From the NCBI GenBank assembly GCA_028534125.1, contig CM052816.1:65412001-65476000 (forward strand): a DNA stretch of 64,000 nt, given 5' to 3'. Under the pieces are notes generated by a model. It saw nothing but the letters and a program-made list of their open reading frames with translations. It did not search any database and was not told where the DNA came from. Source of the stretch: Lama glama (taxonomy: Eukaryota). This document shows positions 62,931-64,000 of the stretch, in pieces. The translations under genes were made by a program, and so were the position numbers. How positions within the stretch are numbered: the first letter of the stretch is position 1; every line of letters begins with the position of its first letter.

Positions 62931-63689
62931 CTAAAATGATGATGGTGATCATTGTTACTAGTAACAACAACAGTAATTATGGTGAGAGAAGATCTTGCTG
63001 GTACAACACACATTCTTTCAAATAGTCCATTCCTGACACAGTAAGCACTCCTGAGACAGCAGGGCTGGATCCTAATCCCTATATTGCATAAAGACCCATT
63101 GCATCTATAAATTCATTTGAAGCATGAAAATCCAGAACGTTGCTAGTAAACAATTAAACTCAGATGACATACTGTTAGAAAAAATTTCTCTACCCAGCTT
63201 TTTCTTCTTCTAGTCTCCTCTTTATTACCTCAACTGTGGAGGTTTTATTAACTGCTTGAAGAATATAATTTCAGGTTGTTTAAAAGGAAAGAAACTGGGT
63301 GTGTAAAGATAGTTTTCGGGGGGAGGGATATTATAATTAGTCACTTTTATGTGATGCTTTCATCTTTAAAGTTTCTTTATCTCCCATGACTTGAAAGGAG
63401 GAAATCAGTTTCTGTGAAATGAAAATGTATGAAATTTAAAGCTAACATCTAACAGAAATTTCTCAAGACAACTTTGTAGCCAGAGCTGGTTGTTCACTTT
63501 GAGTGAGCTGTATTAGTATGAAAGGCCAAAATGGTCACAGTACAATTAGAATTATTAAGAGATCTTGTTATTAGACATATCCGTTGAAATTTTTCCTGTG
63601 TTTAAATAGTGGGGAATTTCTTTAAGGTGAGCTTTTGCCTGGGCAAAGGGTTAAAAAAGAAAGAAAAAATATCATGTCAGCTGTTTAGG

Positions 63690-63850
63690 GACATAGAGGA
63701 AAAGGGGCCTTGGAGAGATCATCGTGAGTTTTGAGATAAGAACACAGAAGTTCAGAGTGGCACAGAAAAGTGTCCAAGGGTATGTATGAGGGGAATGTGA
63801 GATCTAGAGCACAGATTATTTGATGCAGCCCAGTGTTTTTTTCGTCTGAC
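63690..63850 (-). mobile_element. MIR3-like SINE
   Basis: GGAAAAGGGGCCTTGGAGAGATCATC...TGTCCAAGG...CCCAGTGTTTTT. Confidence 0.5.
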
Positions 63851-64000
63851 CCAGAAAGCCTTTGGAGATGAGGATGGAAGGAAAGTGGGGAGAAGTCATT
63901 ATTAATTCAGTATCTCTACTCAGTGGCCACTTGTTTAATTTTTCCTATAACTCTTGTTTGATTTTTTTTTTTCTTGTTTTGATTCTGGATTTAGAGTGCA

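Noticed and set aside
1..64000. The many 60-140 aa ORFs in the track
   Set aside because: No recognisable domains or exon structure; most are random, low-complexity or repeat-derived, and many start at TTG/GTG.
1..64000. CRISPR array, operon or other prokaryote-type system; additional known PDE4D exons
   Set aside because: The sequence is mammalian intron with no regularly spaced repeat-spacer array, and no UCR1/UCR2/catalytic or other isoform-leader peptide was recognised.

Overview
This is mammalian genomic DNA, very probably camelid, because it carries a Vic-1-type tRNA-derived SINE at ~37.7 kb. It lies within the very large PDE4D (cAMP phosphodiesterase 4D) gene, transcribed on the + strand. 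The only supportable protein-coding segment is the isoform-specific first exon of PDE4D5 (ATG 40391 to phase-2 donor TG|GTAAGA after 40656). That exon sits in a CpG-rich promoter with CRE half-sites. The rest is intron filled with transposable-element remnants (MIR, L2, CR1/L3, L1 of several ages, MaLR/ERV solo LTRs, hAT MERs), microsatellites, a short U2 snRNA pseudogene and a 500-N assembly gap. I found no convincing previously undescribed biological system. The best leads are regulatory: an in-frame Met-Asn-STOP uORF whose UAG has a CARYYA read-through context followed by 45 open codons into PDE4D5, a divergent CTCF motif pair with ARE and DR0 sites at 2.4-3.0 kb, a candidate 21-nt poison micro-exon, and a clear twin-primed L1 inversion. 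Repeat family names come from recalled consensus sequences and their boundaries are approximate unless TSDs are given.
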